Assembly: GCA_963847625.1 (NCBI GenBank)
Contig: CAWKAR010000029.1
Span: 27,360 to 91,359 of the forward strand
Direction: 5' to 3'
From: a candidate division FCPU426 bacterium
GTDB taxonomy: Bacteria; Oederibacteriota; Muellerivitia; Muellerivitales; Muellerivitaceae
Length of the DNA: 64,000 bases
Part shown: positions 51,455-60,789 of the stretch, piece after piece
Layout: the number at the start of each line of letters is the position of its first letter
Position numbering within the stretch: the first letter of the stretch is position 1
Notes under the pieces: model-generated
The model's input: only the letters and a program-made list of their open reading frames with translations
Databases searched by the model: none
What the model was told of the DNA's origin: nothing
Translations under genes and position numbers: made by a program

Positions 51455-54090
51455 ACAAGGACCTGCTCAACCAACCTGAAATGAAGAAGCTGTTCGCCGA
51501 GTATAACAGCCGCGAATGGGTGCGTTTGTTCAAGGTGGCATGTTGGGTTTGCGCGATCGCCATGCCTTCCGCGATTTTCCTGGACATGATCGACTATCCG
51601 AAATATGTCGCTTATTTCTTCGAACTCCGGATGGTTTGCGCGGCCCTGGCGTTGGTTCTTTTGGGGGTGGTTTATACCCCCTGGGGGCCGCGCCACCAGT
51701 ACATCTTAACCCTGTTCCTGGCCATCATCCCCCAGGGTTTCGTTTGTTGGATGATCTACATTACCGATGGCGCCGTTTCACCTTATTACCAAATCCTGAA
51801 CCTGCCATTGCTCATTTACTGCCTCTTGTTCCCTTGGACCTACTTGGCTACCTTCAGCCTCTCCATCATCACCATTGTTTTTTACTTAACTGCGTGTTTC
51901 GCGCATGGCGGGATATCGGAAGGCGGGTTATTCCTCAGCAACATCATCTTTCTACTTTATACCGTTTCTTTCGCCGTGATCGGGAGCTATTTCACCAATG
52001 GCCTCCGCGCCCGGGAATTCATTTCCCAGTTCGAGCTGGACCAAAGCCGGAAAAAATTGGAGGAATCCAACCAAAAACTCATCGAAATGGACCTGGCGAA
52101 AAACCGCTTCTTCGCCAACATCAGCCATGAGTTGAGGACGCCCCTGACGCTGCTCCTTTCCCCCCTGGAATCGCTCCGGACGGCGAAATCCAGCCACATG
52201 GACGATGAAACTAGGAATGTCCTTGGCCTCATGTACAACAACGCCATGAGGCTTTTGAAGCTCATCAACGACTTGTTGGACCTAGTCAAGCTGGAATCCG
52301 GACGAATGGAAGTGCGCAAGGGGCCCCTCAAGGTGGAGGAATTCATCAAGGGGCTGGTCCTTTCGGTTCACCCGGCGGCGAGGGATAAAAGGATCATCCT
52401 TTCATCCTCCGTAGGCGAGGGGTTGGGGACCCTCCTGGCCGACCAGGACAAGCTGGAAAAGATCACCCTGAACCTGCTTTTTAATTCCTTGAAATTCACC
52501 CCGGCGGGGGGCCGGATCGAGCTTTCCGCGAACGCCGAGGGCCCGTACCTGGTGTTGAAAGTGAAGGACACGGGCATGGGCATCTCGGAGATGGACCTGC
52601 CGCGCATTTTCGACCGGTTTTGGCAGGTCGACACCTCCTCCCGGCGCAAGTACCAGGGCACGGGAATCGGTTTGGCCTTGGTGAAGGAGCTCGCCGAAGC
52701 CATGGGCGGCTCCATCGCCGCCGAAAGCCAGATGAATAAAGGCACGGCCATTACAGTAAAAATTCCCCTCGAACGGCCGAAAGAAGAAGCGGTCAACCTG
52801 CCGGATGTTTCTTCCGCGGCCGGACCCGCCGGGGAAAAGAACGAATCCCCGGAATGGCTCGCGAGCCTCTATCGCCGGGCCGAGCTTTTCCCGGCCATTA
52901 CCCTCCTCTCGGAAAACATCCGCCGGGACGATTACGGCTCGGGAAAACCAAAAATCCTGGTCGCGGACGACGAGCCAGACATGCTCCGTTACCTGAAATC
53001 CCAGTTGGAGAGGGAATTCACGGTCCTGGAGGCCGTCGATGGGAACCAGGCCGTGGAAAAAACCCGCCAGTTCCTGCCGGACCTGGTTTTACTGGACATG
53101 ATGATGCCGGGTAAGGACGGCGTGCAAGCCTGCCGCGAGATCAAATCCACGGTTTCCACCCAGGCCATCCCCGTGATCCTCCTGACCGCCCGTGCCGACG
53201 AGGAAACCCGAATCGCGTCCCTCGACGCGGGGGCGAACGACTTCCTGACCAAACCCTTCTCGGCCACGGAATTGCACATCAGGGTCCGCAACCTGGTCCA
53301 ATCGCACCATTACCAAAAGGATTTGGCTTTCGAAAAAAGTGCACTGGAATCGACCCTCGAGCAGTTGAAGGAGACCGAGGGGCAATTGGTGCAAAACGAG
53401 AAAATGGCTTCCCTCGGCCGGTTGAGTGCCGGTATCATCCATGAGATCAACAACCCCTTGAACTACTCGGTGGCGGCCCTGCGCCTGTTGCGCGCGCGCA
53501 AGGACCAGCTTCCGGAGGGGGACCGGGCCAAATACGAGGAGACCCTCTCCGACATCGAGGAAGGACTGGGGCGGGTCGCTGGGATCGTCTCGGACCTGCG
53601 CGCCTTCAGCCACCCCAAATCGGGGGGGTTGGACTTGATCGGGCTGGAAGAGGTCGCGTCAATTTCCCTGCGGTTCTTGAACCATGAGTTGGCGGGCAAG
53701 GTCAAGGTCGAGGTCGGGGTGCCAAAAACCCAGAAAGTCCTGGCCGACAAGAACAAGCTGACCCACGTTTTCATCAACCTGCTTCAGAATTCGCTCGATG
53801 CGTTCAAACAAAAGACCTTTGACGGGGAGATGCCGGCGATCTCGATCAAGAGCCGGCAGGTGGATGGAAAAGTCCTGGTGGACGTGCGGGACAACGGCTC
53901 CGGGATCGATGAGCGGTTCCTGGGCAAGGTTTTCGACCCCTTTTTCACCACCAAGGACGTGGGGGAAGGGATGGGATTGGGTTTGAGCATCTGCTACCAG
54001 GCCATGCGGGACCAGGGCGGGAGAATCACGGCCGCGGGCGAGAAGGGGAAGTACGCGCAATTCACATTGGAGCTCCAGGCGGGGGCATAG
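51451..54090 (+). CDS. phcS: PhcS-like membrane hybrid sensor kinase: TM-HisKA-HATPase-REC-HisKA-HATPase
   Basis: About 5-6 TMs, SHELRTPL, NSLKFT/GTGIGL, ADDE/LLDMMMP, IHEINNPL, FFTTK/GMGLGL; ATGA overlap with phcB. Confidence 0.8.
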   Translation: MNKDLLNQPEMKKLFAEYNSREWVRLFKVACWVCAIAMPSAIFLDMIDYPKYVAYFFELRMVCAALALVLLGVVYTPWGPRHQYILTLFLAIIPQGFVCWMIYITDGAVSPYYQILNLPLLIYCLLFPWTYLATFSLSIITIVFYLTACFAHGGISEGGLFLSNIIFLLYTVSFAVIGSYFTNGLRAREFISQFELDQSRKKLEESNQKLIEMDLAKNRFFANISHELRTPLTLLLSPLESLRTAKSSHMDDETRNVLGLMYNNAMRLLKLINDLLDLVKLESGRMEVRKGPLKVEEFIKGLVLSVHPAARDKRIILSSSVGEGLGTLLADQDKLEKITLNLLFNSLKFTPAGGRIELSANAEGPYLVLKVKDTGMGISEMDLPRIFDRFWQVDTSSRRKYQGTGIGLALVKELAEAMGGSIAAESQMNKGTAITVKIPLERPKEEAVNLPDVSSAAGPAGEKNESPEWLASLYRRAELFPAITLLSENIRRDDYGSGKPKILVADDEPDMLRYLKSQLEREFTVLEAVDGNQAVEKTRQFLPDLVLLDMMMPGKDGVQACREIKSTVSTQAIPVILLTARADEETRIASLDAGANDFLTKPFSATELHIRVRNLVQSHHYQKDLAFEKSALESTLEQLKETEGQLVQNEKMASLGRLSAGIIHEINNPLNYSVAALRLLRARKDQLPEGDRAKYEETLSDIEEGLGRVAGIVSDLRAFSHPKSGGLDLIGLEEVASISLRFLNHELAGKVKVEVGVPKTQKVLADKNKLTHVFINLLQNSLDAFKQKTFDGEMPAISIKSRQVDGKVLVDVRDNGSGIDERFLGKVFDPFFTTKDVGEGMGLGLSICYQAMRDQGGRITAAGEKGKYAQFTLELQAGA

Positions 54091-54117
54091 CAGGATCAAA
54101 AATCGAGGGAGACGGCC

Positions 54118-55380
54118 ATGGATCATTTTTATGATTACAAGAAATTCTTCGTCCTGTACGTGGACGACGAGGAAAAATCCCTGAAATATTTCCGTGAAAC
54201 CTTCGGCGAGAAATTCTCCATTCTCACCGCCCTCAACGCGGTGGACGGGTACCGAATCCTGCAGGAAAACATGGGGGTGACGGCCGTCCTGATGACCGAC
54301 CAGCGCATGCCAGGCGAGAAGGGAACCCAGTTCCTGGAGCGGGCGCGCCAGTTGAACCCGCGCGTCCTGCGCGTCCTCATCACCGCCTATTCGGACCTGG
54401 ATACGGCCATCGAGGCCGTCAACTTGGGCGCCATCTATAAATACGTCACGAAACCCTGGGACATTCCCCAACTGGAGGTCACCTTGAAGCGGGGGATCGA
54501 GTTTTTCATCGTCCAGAACGAGCGGGACCAGCTTCTGCGCGAAAAAATGTCCACCCTCTACAACGTCATGTTGACCGACCGGATCTTGAGCCTGGGGCTA
54601 TTGGCCACCGGCTTGAGCCACCACATCCGCAATTCCCTGGTGGCGGTCAAGACCTTCCTGGACCTGGCACCCAAGAAGCTGAGCGAGGAAAACCTGGACC
54701 TGGACCAGCTGAGGAACCCCGATTTTTGGAAGGAATACTACAAGAAAGTCCAGGGCCAGATGGACAAGGTGGCCGGGCTCCTGGACGACCTTTGGGAGTC
54801 CTCCGAGCGGCCGAATACCGAGTTCCCCGACCAGGTCAAGGTGCACCAGGTGCTGGGGGAGGCCCTCGCGCTGGCCCAGCCCGAGTTGAAAAAGAACGGC
54901 ATCGCCGTGGACAACCTGGTTCCGGCGACACTTCCCGAGCTGAGGGTGGACAAGAAAAAATTCACGCGGTTGTTCGAGCTCCTGCTCCGGGAGGAGGCCG
55001 CGGCCTTGCCGGCCGGGAGCCGGGTGAAATTCAACGCCCAGACCACGGGGACCAAGGTGGTGCCGGGGGAGTTCCAGATCGAGATGGAGGACAACGGGCC
55101 GGCCTTGACCCAGCCTGCCTTGAGGTCGCTGTTCGACCCATTTTTCATGCGATCCAACAACCCCCAGGAATTCGGGCTTTACCTCATGACCTGCTTTTTC
55201 ATCGTCTACCACCACGGCGGCAGGGTCTTGGCCAGCCGGGATGAGAAACGGGGGAACATCGTGACCATGACTTTTCCCCTGAATCCCCAAGCGCAGGTTT
55301 CCCCGACCGATCAGAAGGATTTCATCAGTAAAATCCTGATCAATGAAACCATGTGGGAGAGATTGTTGGCGGAAGGCTGA
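54118..55380 (+). CDS. phcR: PhcR-like response regulator: receiver plus degenerate kinase-like output
   Basis: YVDDE, TDQRMP, KPW; LSHHIRNSL H box; HATPase without N-box Asn and with QEFGLYL in place of GxGLGL. Confidence 0.8.
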   Translation: MDHFYDYKKFFVLYVDDEEKSLKYFRETFGEKFSILTALNAVDGYRILQENMGVTAVLMTDQRMPGEKGTQFLERARQLNPRVLRVLITAYSDLDTAIEAVNLGAIYKYVTKPWDIPQLEVTLKRGIEFFIVQNERDQLLREKMSTLYNVMLTDRILSLGLLATGLSHHIRNSLVAVKTFLDLAPKKLSEENLDLDQLRNPDFWKEYYKKVQGQMDKVAGLLDDLWESSERPNTEFPDQVKVHQVLGEALALAQPELKKNGIAVDNLVPATLPELRVDKKKFTRLFELLLREEAAALPAGSRVKFNAQTTGTKVVPGEFQIEMEDNGPALTQPALRSLFDPFFMRSNNPQEFGLYLMTCFFIVYHHGGRVLASRDEKRGNIVTMTFPLNPQAQVSPTDQKDFISKILINETMWERLLAEG

Positions 55381-55496
55381 TTCGAACAAACCGGTCAATA
55401 CCTATAAGGTTTTGGATTACGCTATCAACGAGTTCTTCAAAGGTATTCAAATTAAAAGATATTTCTTTCAGCCCCCCACGCTGGGAAAAAACCACC

Positions 55497-55883
55497 TCAT
55501 TTCCTGGGAATGGCCTTTTCCAAGATGTCCCGGATTTTCGCCTTCAATCCCGCCATGGGGACGGGTTTCGCGAAAAAAGCCAGGATGTTGAATCCCTTCA
55601 GGTGGAAATCGTCCTCCAGCCCCTTGAACGCCGAAACCACGATGATGGGCAGGTCCGGGAATTCGGCGCGCACCCTCGGGACCATCTCGAACGCGTGCAT
55701 ATCGGGCATCTTGACGTCCGTCATGAGCAGGTCCACCTTCTGGTCCTCGAGGGTCCCCAGGACCTGGAGGCCGTTCTCGGCCGTGAGGACCTTGTATCCC
55801 TCTTCGGACAGCTCCTCCAGGTAAAGAAACAGGGAGGCTTTCTCATCCTCCGCCACCAGTATCGTGTAATCACTTGGATTCAT
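55497..55883 (-). CDS. Single-domain response regulator
   Basis: VAEDE, TDVKMP, VSA, AKP. Confidence 0.92.
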   Translation of the reverse strand: MNPSDYTILVAEDEKASLFLYLEELSEEGYKVLTAENGLQVLGTLEDQKVDLLMTDVKMPDMHAFEMVPRVRAEFPDLPIIVVSAFKGLEDDFHLKGFNILAFFAKPVPMAGLKAKIRDILEKAIPRK

Positions 55884-57609
55884 TTTTGGTCTCCTCCAAC
55901 GGCAAATATAAAATAAAGGTGCTACCGGCCCCCAACTGGCTCTCCACCCGCATGAAACCTCCGTGCGACTCGACGATCTTGTGGCAGATGCTCAAGCCCA
56001 GCCCCGTCCCCGTGGTTTTGGTCGTGAAAAAGGGTGTGAACAGCTTATGGAGGTTTTCCTTCGAGATGCCGCAGCCGGTGTCCTGGATGGAAACGGAAAC
56101 CATTTTTTGCTGAAGGAAAACCTGCTGGAGGAGCGTCTGGTCCGGATTGAGCATTTGGTCGGCGGGCAGCATGCCTTCCTCGACCCGGGCCCGCACCGTG
56201 AGGGTGCCCCCTTCTTCCATCGCGTTGATCGCGTTGAGCATCAGGTTCAAGAGCACCTGCTTGATCTTGTCCTTGTCCATGGGGATGAGCGGAAGATTTG
56301 GGTCTATTTCACGGATGACTTGGACGTTGGAAGCCCCGGCCTTTTCCGTCACGATGACCATGGTGTCGTCCAATGCGACGTTGAAGTCCACCAGTTCCTT
56401 GGATGATTTCTGGTAGCGGCTGTACTCCAGCACGTCGCTGATGGTGGCGGCCATGCGGTTGACCTCCTCGATGATGATTTCCGCGTATTTCTTCTGTTTC
56501 GGGTCCTCCAGTTTGTCCGCGAGCCGCTGGGAAAAGCCGAGGATCGCGTTCAAGGGGTTCTTGATCTCGTGGGCGACCCCTGCGGCCATTTCCCCCAGGG
56601 TGGCCAGGTGCTCGGAACGCACTAGCTGCTGCTCCATCTGCTTGACCAGGGAGATGTCCTTCAGCGTGGCGATGATGCCCAGGGTTTCCCCGTCGGGGTT
56701 TTTAAGGAGGGTGGTTTGGAGCGACAGGGTCACCGGTTCCGACTTTGATTTTTTCACATCGACGTTTTCCTGCGAAAGGGGTTTGCCTTCCGCCAGGGTG
56801 CGCTTCATCAGGTTGGCGATGGGCTGGAAAACGGCGGGCAGTTCCTCCAACTGGTAGTTCACCACCCGGGTTTCGTCCAGGCCGGTGATCCGGCTGGCGG
56901 CCGCGTTGAAAGTCCGGACTTTTCCGTCTTGGCGGGCCACGACGATCCCGGTCTGGATGTTGGCCAGCACGAGATGGTGGTAGTTGACGAGGTCCTTCAG
57001 ATGCTTTTCGGAGGAGACGAGTTTTTTAACGGCGATATCGGCCTGCGCGGTGATGGATTCGTTGATTTTCCCGTAGCGGCGCGTCACTTCCTCCCGCTTC
57101 CTCGAGTCGACGGCAAGGTAGCCGCTGAAAGTGGAGACGATGAGGAGGAAAGGGAGCTTGAGGAGGGTCGCGGTGTCGGGCATCAGGAATTGGCCGGTGA
57201 TCCTGTACTGGAGGAAAAGGTAGATGAAGCAGGCGGCGATGCCCACGCCGAGGCATTCCTTCAGGTCGCGGACCATGGCGCAGATGAAGATGGTGAGGAA
57301 ATAAATCGCCATGAGGTCCCATTCCTTGACCCCGGTCAGGTACAAGCCGCAGGAAACGAAAAAGGTGTCTAGGAAAAATATCAAAATAAGCAACAGCTTG
57401 GTCTGCAGCCAGGCCTGGAAAAGGAAAAACATGGCGATAATGGAAAGAAAAAAGAAACTCAGGAGAATGACGGCGTGGATCTCGTATTCCTGGGGCGGCC
57501 GGTTGAAAATGAGGAATAAAGCGATGATGGAAAGGGAAAGGAGCCGCAGGGTAATCAGGACCCGGCGGTGCTCGCTGGCGAGGGCGGCGTTCATCTGGTC
57601 GTCAGCCAT
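55870..57609 (-). CDS. Membrane PAS-domain sensor histidine kinase (PilS/AtoS-like)
   Basis: N-terminal TMs, PAS (FNAAASRITG...KDIS), AHEIKNPL, NAINA, DTGCG, FFTTK, GTGLGL. Confidence 0.93.
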   Translation of the reverse strand: MADDQMNAALASEHRRVLITLRLLSLSIIALFLIFNRPPQEYEIHAVILLSFFFLSIIAMFFLFQAWLQTKLLLILIFFLDTFFVSCGLYLTGVKEWDLMAIYFLTIFICAMVRDLKECLGVGIAACFIYLFLQYRITGQFLMPDTATLLKLPFLLIVSTFSGYLAVDSRKREEVTRRYGKINESITAQADIAVKKLVSSEKHLKDLVNYHHLVLANIQTGIVVARQDGKVRTFNAAASRITGLDETRVVNYQLEELPAVFQPIANLMKRTLAEGKPLSQENVDVKKSKSEPVTLSLQTTLLKNPDGETLGIIATLKDISLVKQMEQQLVRSEHLATLGEMAAGVAHEIKNPLNAILGFSQRLADKLEDPKQKKYAEIIIEEVNRMAATISDVLEYSRYQKSSKELVDFNVALDDTMVIVTEKAGASNVQVIREIDPNLPLIPMDKDKIKQVLLNLMLNAINAMEEGGTLTVRARVEEGMLPADQMLNPDQTLLQQVFLQQKMVSVSIQDTGCGISKENLHKLFTPFFTTKTTGTGLGLSICHKIVESHGGFMRVESQLGAGSTFILYLPLEETKNESK

Positions 57610-58061
57610 AAAATCCTTTCCCTTTTCAGGTGGTTAACGGAAACAGGGAACTTTATCCGAAGTGTCCGCGGAACCGCCGCCTTATTCGGTTTGCCGCCCT
57701 TGAGACATTCTTTCAGGCTCCAAACTTGGGCGCAGATAAGGATGGTGAAGAAATAAAGCGCCATGAGGTTCCATGCCTTGAACCCGGTCAGGTACAAGCC
57801 GCAGGAGACGAAAAAAGTATCGAGGAAGAATATCAACACAAACCCAAGCTTTGTTTGCAGCAGGGCCTGGCAAAGGAAAAACATGGCGATGATGGAAAGA
57901 AAAAAGATGGAGAGGAGAAAGACGGTGTGGATTTCGTATTCCCGGGTCGGCCGGTAAGAAATGAGGGATAATGCGGTGATGGATAGGAAAAAGAGGCGGA
58001 TCGAAAGAAGCATCCGGCGGCGCTCGCTGGCGAGGGCGATGTTCATCTGGTCGTCAGCCAT
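57591..58061 (-). CDS. Truncated tandem duplicate of the kinase membrane domain
   Basis: First 120 aa align without gaps to 57609 kinase (about 31 differences by hand count), then unrelated tail. Confidence 0.7.
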   Translation of the reverse strand: MADDQMNIALASERRRMLLSIRLFFLSITALSLISYRPTREYEIHTVFLLSIFFLSIIAMFFLCQALLQTKLGFVLIFFLDTFFVSCGLYLTGFKAWNLMALYFFTILICAQVWSLKECLKGGKPNKAAVPRTLRIKFPVSVNHLKRERILWLTTR

Positions 58062-58128
58062 AAAATCCTTTCCCTTTCCGGGTGATTAACAGAACTTGGG
58101 AACTTTCACCGGACCATCCGTCGAATCA

Positions 58129-58518
58129 CTACTTGATTTGGGAGACTGCCTGCTTTCGTAGGATGGCCGCCAGGGTTTGCTTCAAACTTTTCAAGTCCAC
58201 CGGCTTTGGGAAAAAAGCCTTGACCATGGGTTCGTTGCGCAGGAGATAGTCTTTGTACGCCGGGTAGCCTGAAACCACCACGACCGGGGTGTCGAAATGG
58301 GTATCGCGGATATGGGGGATGAAGGCGGTGGCGTCGCCGCCTGGAAGCCGGACGTCCGTCAGGATCAAGTCAACATGGTTTTTTTCCAACACTTCCAGGG
58401 CGTCTATGGCGTTGGGGCACGCCAACACACCGTATCCTTCATCCCGCAGTTCTTCCTCGAAAAGAAACCGCTGGTTTTTTTCATCCTCTATCACCAGGAT
58501 TTTCTTTATTTCCTGCAT
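58129..58518 (-). CDS. Single-domain response regulator
   Basis: VIEDE, TDVRLP, VSG, PKP; GGAGG RBS before ATG 58518. Confidence 0.92.
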   Translation of the reverse strand: MQEIKKILVIEDEKNQRFLFEEELRDEGYGVLACPNAIDALEVLEKNHVDLILTDVRLPGGDATAFIPHIRDTHFDTPVVVVSGYPAYKDYLLRNEPMVKAFFPKPVDLKSLKQTLAAILRKQAVSQIK

Positions 58519-59253
58519 TTCAAAACCTCCTTGGTGCCGGATGGGCCTTTCACCCATTAAACGGTTACCCAGAACTGAAAATATCCCTCGAGTTCTAAAC
58601 CGAAATGCCGCGGGAAGATGGAATCGTTCGCGAAAAAGGAAGTCGCGTCGGGAAAAATTTGTCCTGCATCATACGGCGGGAGCATCCGCCGAAAAAAAGG
58701 CCTATCTGGATTTTACGGCTTATCCCAGGGAATACAAGCGAACCACCGCTTCCGGTCCGTCCTCGAAACTTGTCCGGCCGTAATTCGTGCAAAAAAATAT
58801 TTTGATATTGCCGCATAGCCCTGGAATTGTGCAAAAAATGGAATGACCGGGCTTGTGCGAGAATATTTTTCACGGCAACCGCGCAGCCTGAAACCGCCGG
58901 AGCATGGTTCTATTTGAAATCGCTGGCTAATTCCGGCCAGGGAATAATTGCCTAATTTCTGAAAATTTTTTTTCCAATAAATCGTTAAATCCCGGCGGGG
59001 AAAATAATTTGGGGATAAAATGTGAACAGGTGCTTTTTGACATTTATCCGGCGAATGCCTTCGCCGGATAAATGCAAGCGGGGTTCCCGCGGCTTCCGCC
59101 GCGGGGAAAACAATCAATTCAGAATGTTTCATTCTTCTCTTTCTCTCTTTCGAAAATCCGGTATCGGTTTCAGGATATAGCTGTCTTTAGCGGGCGCCAT
59201 GAGGGCTGCTGGGGGAGATGGCGGATAAGAACAACGCGGGGAAGGAGCCAAAC

Positions 59254-59670
59254 ATGGAAAATTTATCTTTCGCGACGCGTGAAATCACCGCCGGAAGCGG
59301 GATCATCATCCTGAGGGTGGAGGGGTCGCTGGATGTCAACACGGTCGTGCAGTTCGAGGCCAGGCTGCAGGAACTCGTGCTGGACAGGAAACTGAAAATC
59401 ATCGTCAACATGGAAAACCTTTCCTACATTTCAAGCGCAGGCATCGGGGTTTTGGTTTATTTCAACCAATTCCTCCGGAACAACCAAGGGAATATCATCC
59501 TGACCCATGTCAACAAGGCGACCCTCAGGATTTTCGAATTGTTGGAACTTCCCAGGATTTTCCAGCTTATGAATACCGAGCAGGACGCCTTGAACGAGTT
59601 CGAAGGGAACCGGAGGGCCTCCTCCCTGAGGCTGAACCCGGTGCGTTTGTTCGAGGGATCGAATGCTTGA
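59254..59670 (+). CDS. STAS-domain anti-sigma-factor antagonist
   Basis: VEGSLD, LSYISSAGIGVL phosphoserine motif; AAGGAG RBS. Confidence 0.9.
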   Translation: MENLSFATREITAGSGIIILRVEGSLDVNTVVQFEARLQELVLDRKLKIIVNMENLSYISSAGIGVLVYFNQFLRNNQGNIILTHVNKATLRIFELLELPRIFQLMNTEQDALNEFEGNRRASSLRLNPVRLFEGSNA

Positions 59671-60031
59671 AGCCAAGCTGTTCGTGGAAAACCGCGTCTA
59701 TCCCAGATTCCTGACGGAAATCCTTATCGGATACCGGGTGATCTCGGAGCGAAAAGAAATGGAGCGGGCCCTCCTCCAGCGAAAAAAAGAGACTGCCCTG
59801 ACCCAAGACATCAGCCTGGGGGGCCTGTACATCCTGGCGAACCACGGGTTAAAAGTGGGCCACGTCCTGCGCCTATATATTTCACTTTCCGACGGGTCGA
59901 ATATCATCGCGCCTATCGCCGAAGTGGTATGGACCAACGGAAAGGGCGGCGGCCTCCGGTTTATCTCCCTGTGCCAAGAGGAAAAAGAACAACTTAAGGG
60001 TTACTTGGAAAAAATGACCCGGCCCAGCTAG
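59663..60031 (+). CDS. PilZ-domain protein
   Basis: RVYPR (RxxxR), DISLGG (DxSxxG), AEVVW, GLRF. Confidence 0.9.
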   Translation: MLEAKLFVENRVYPRFLTEILIGYRVISERKEMERALLQRKKETALTQDISLGGLYILANHGLKVGHVLRLYISLSDGSNIIAPIAEVVWTNGKGGGLRFISLCQEEKEQLKGYLEKMTRPS

Positions 60032-60207
60032 ACAACCCCAATTTAATCCAACAGAAATTTACTGAATATTATTCCCATTCTCCGCGAATTTTTCCAAAAA
60101 TTATGCGAATTCGATAAACCGTTTTCTGCCGATTCCAAATGTATTAAGGGGCGGAATTATTCCCGAGGCGATATTCTTTATCAGAATTTTATTTTACGAG
60201 GTGCGAT

Positions 60208-60450
60208 ATGGAACAAAGAGAATTTAAAAAGTGCTTTTATCTTCAAAGAAACGTCTGTCTGATCCATGAGATAAAAATGGATATGGACGAATTCAGGAAT
60301 ATCAAAAGCAGGGTGGAAAGCAGATGTAATGATGCCAACCACTGCGATCAACAGAAAATAATGTGCAAGTGGGTTTCAGCGGATCACTGTTTTGATGGAA
60401 TACACCCGAAAAATTTGCCATCCCCTTATGAAAGTCCCCGTAATAATTAA
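60208..60450 (+). CDS. Small Cys-rich hypothetical protein
   Basis: 80 aa, GAGGTG RBS, six Cys. Confidence 0.5.
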   Translation: MEQREFKKCFYLQRNVCLIHEIKMDMDEFRNIKSRVESRCNDANHCDQQKIMCKWVSADHCFDGIHPKNLPSPYESPRNN

Positions 60451-60723
60451 TTCCCACCGGCATTTCTTTAAAACTGCATAAAAATCAGAGTTGAGCTAAC
60501 CCGCTGTTTCACCTGCCGCGAGTCACCATTAAACTCACATAAACACTTGGTCGTCTTTCTGGGTCCTTCGAAACGAAGTTGGATTATTCGTTTTATTGTT
60601 TATTGCCGGTATTAGGATTTAAAAACTTGCAACCTATGGCGGATATTTGGTAAAACTAACGACTTAATAAAGGCATTTGCCAAAAATAAGCGGCTATATA
60701 ATAGGTAATCGACAAAGGCTTTC

Positions 60724-60760
60724 GCGGGAATAACTCAGCGGTAGAGTGCAACCTTGCCAA
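60724..60760 (+). tRNA. tRNA-Gly(GCC) 5' half, broken right after the anticodon loop
   Basis: GCGGGAATAACTCAGCGGTAGAGTGCAACCTTGCCAA then non-tRNA sequence; TATAAT at 60697-60702. Confidence 0.85.
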
Positions 60761-60789
60761 CGTGAGTACCTTCTTTCAGTTCTTTTTTG

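Larger units (their letters stand above)
32460..60760. mobile_element. Putative ~28 kb genomic island between tRNA-Gly 5'-half direct repeats (no integrase seen)
   Basis: Direct repeat of tRNA-Gly 5' half plus arm block at both ends; IS-rich accessory cargo. Confidence 0.6.

Noticed and set aside
60677..60702. Full sigma70 promoter for the tRNA-Gly half
   Set aside because: TATAAT is present but the TTGCCA candidate is only 14 bp away
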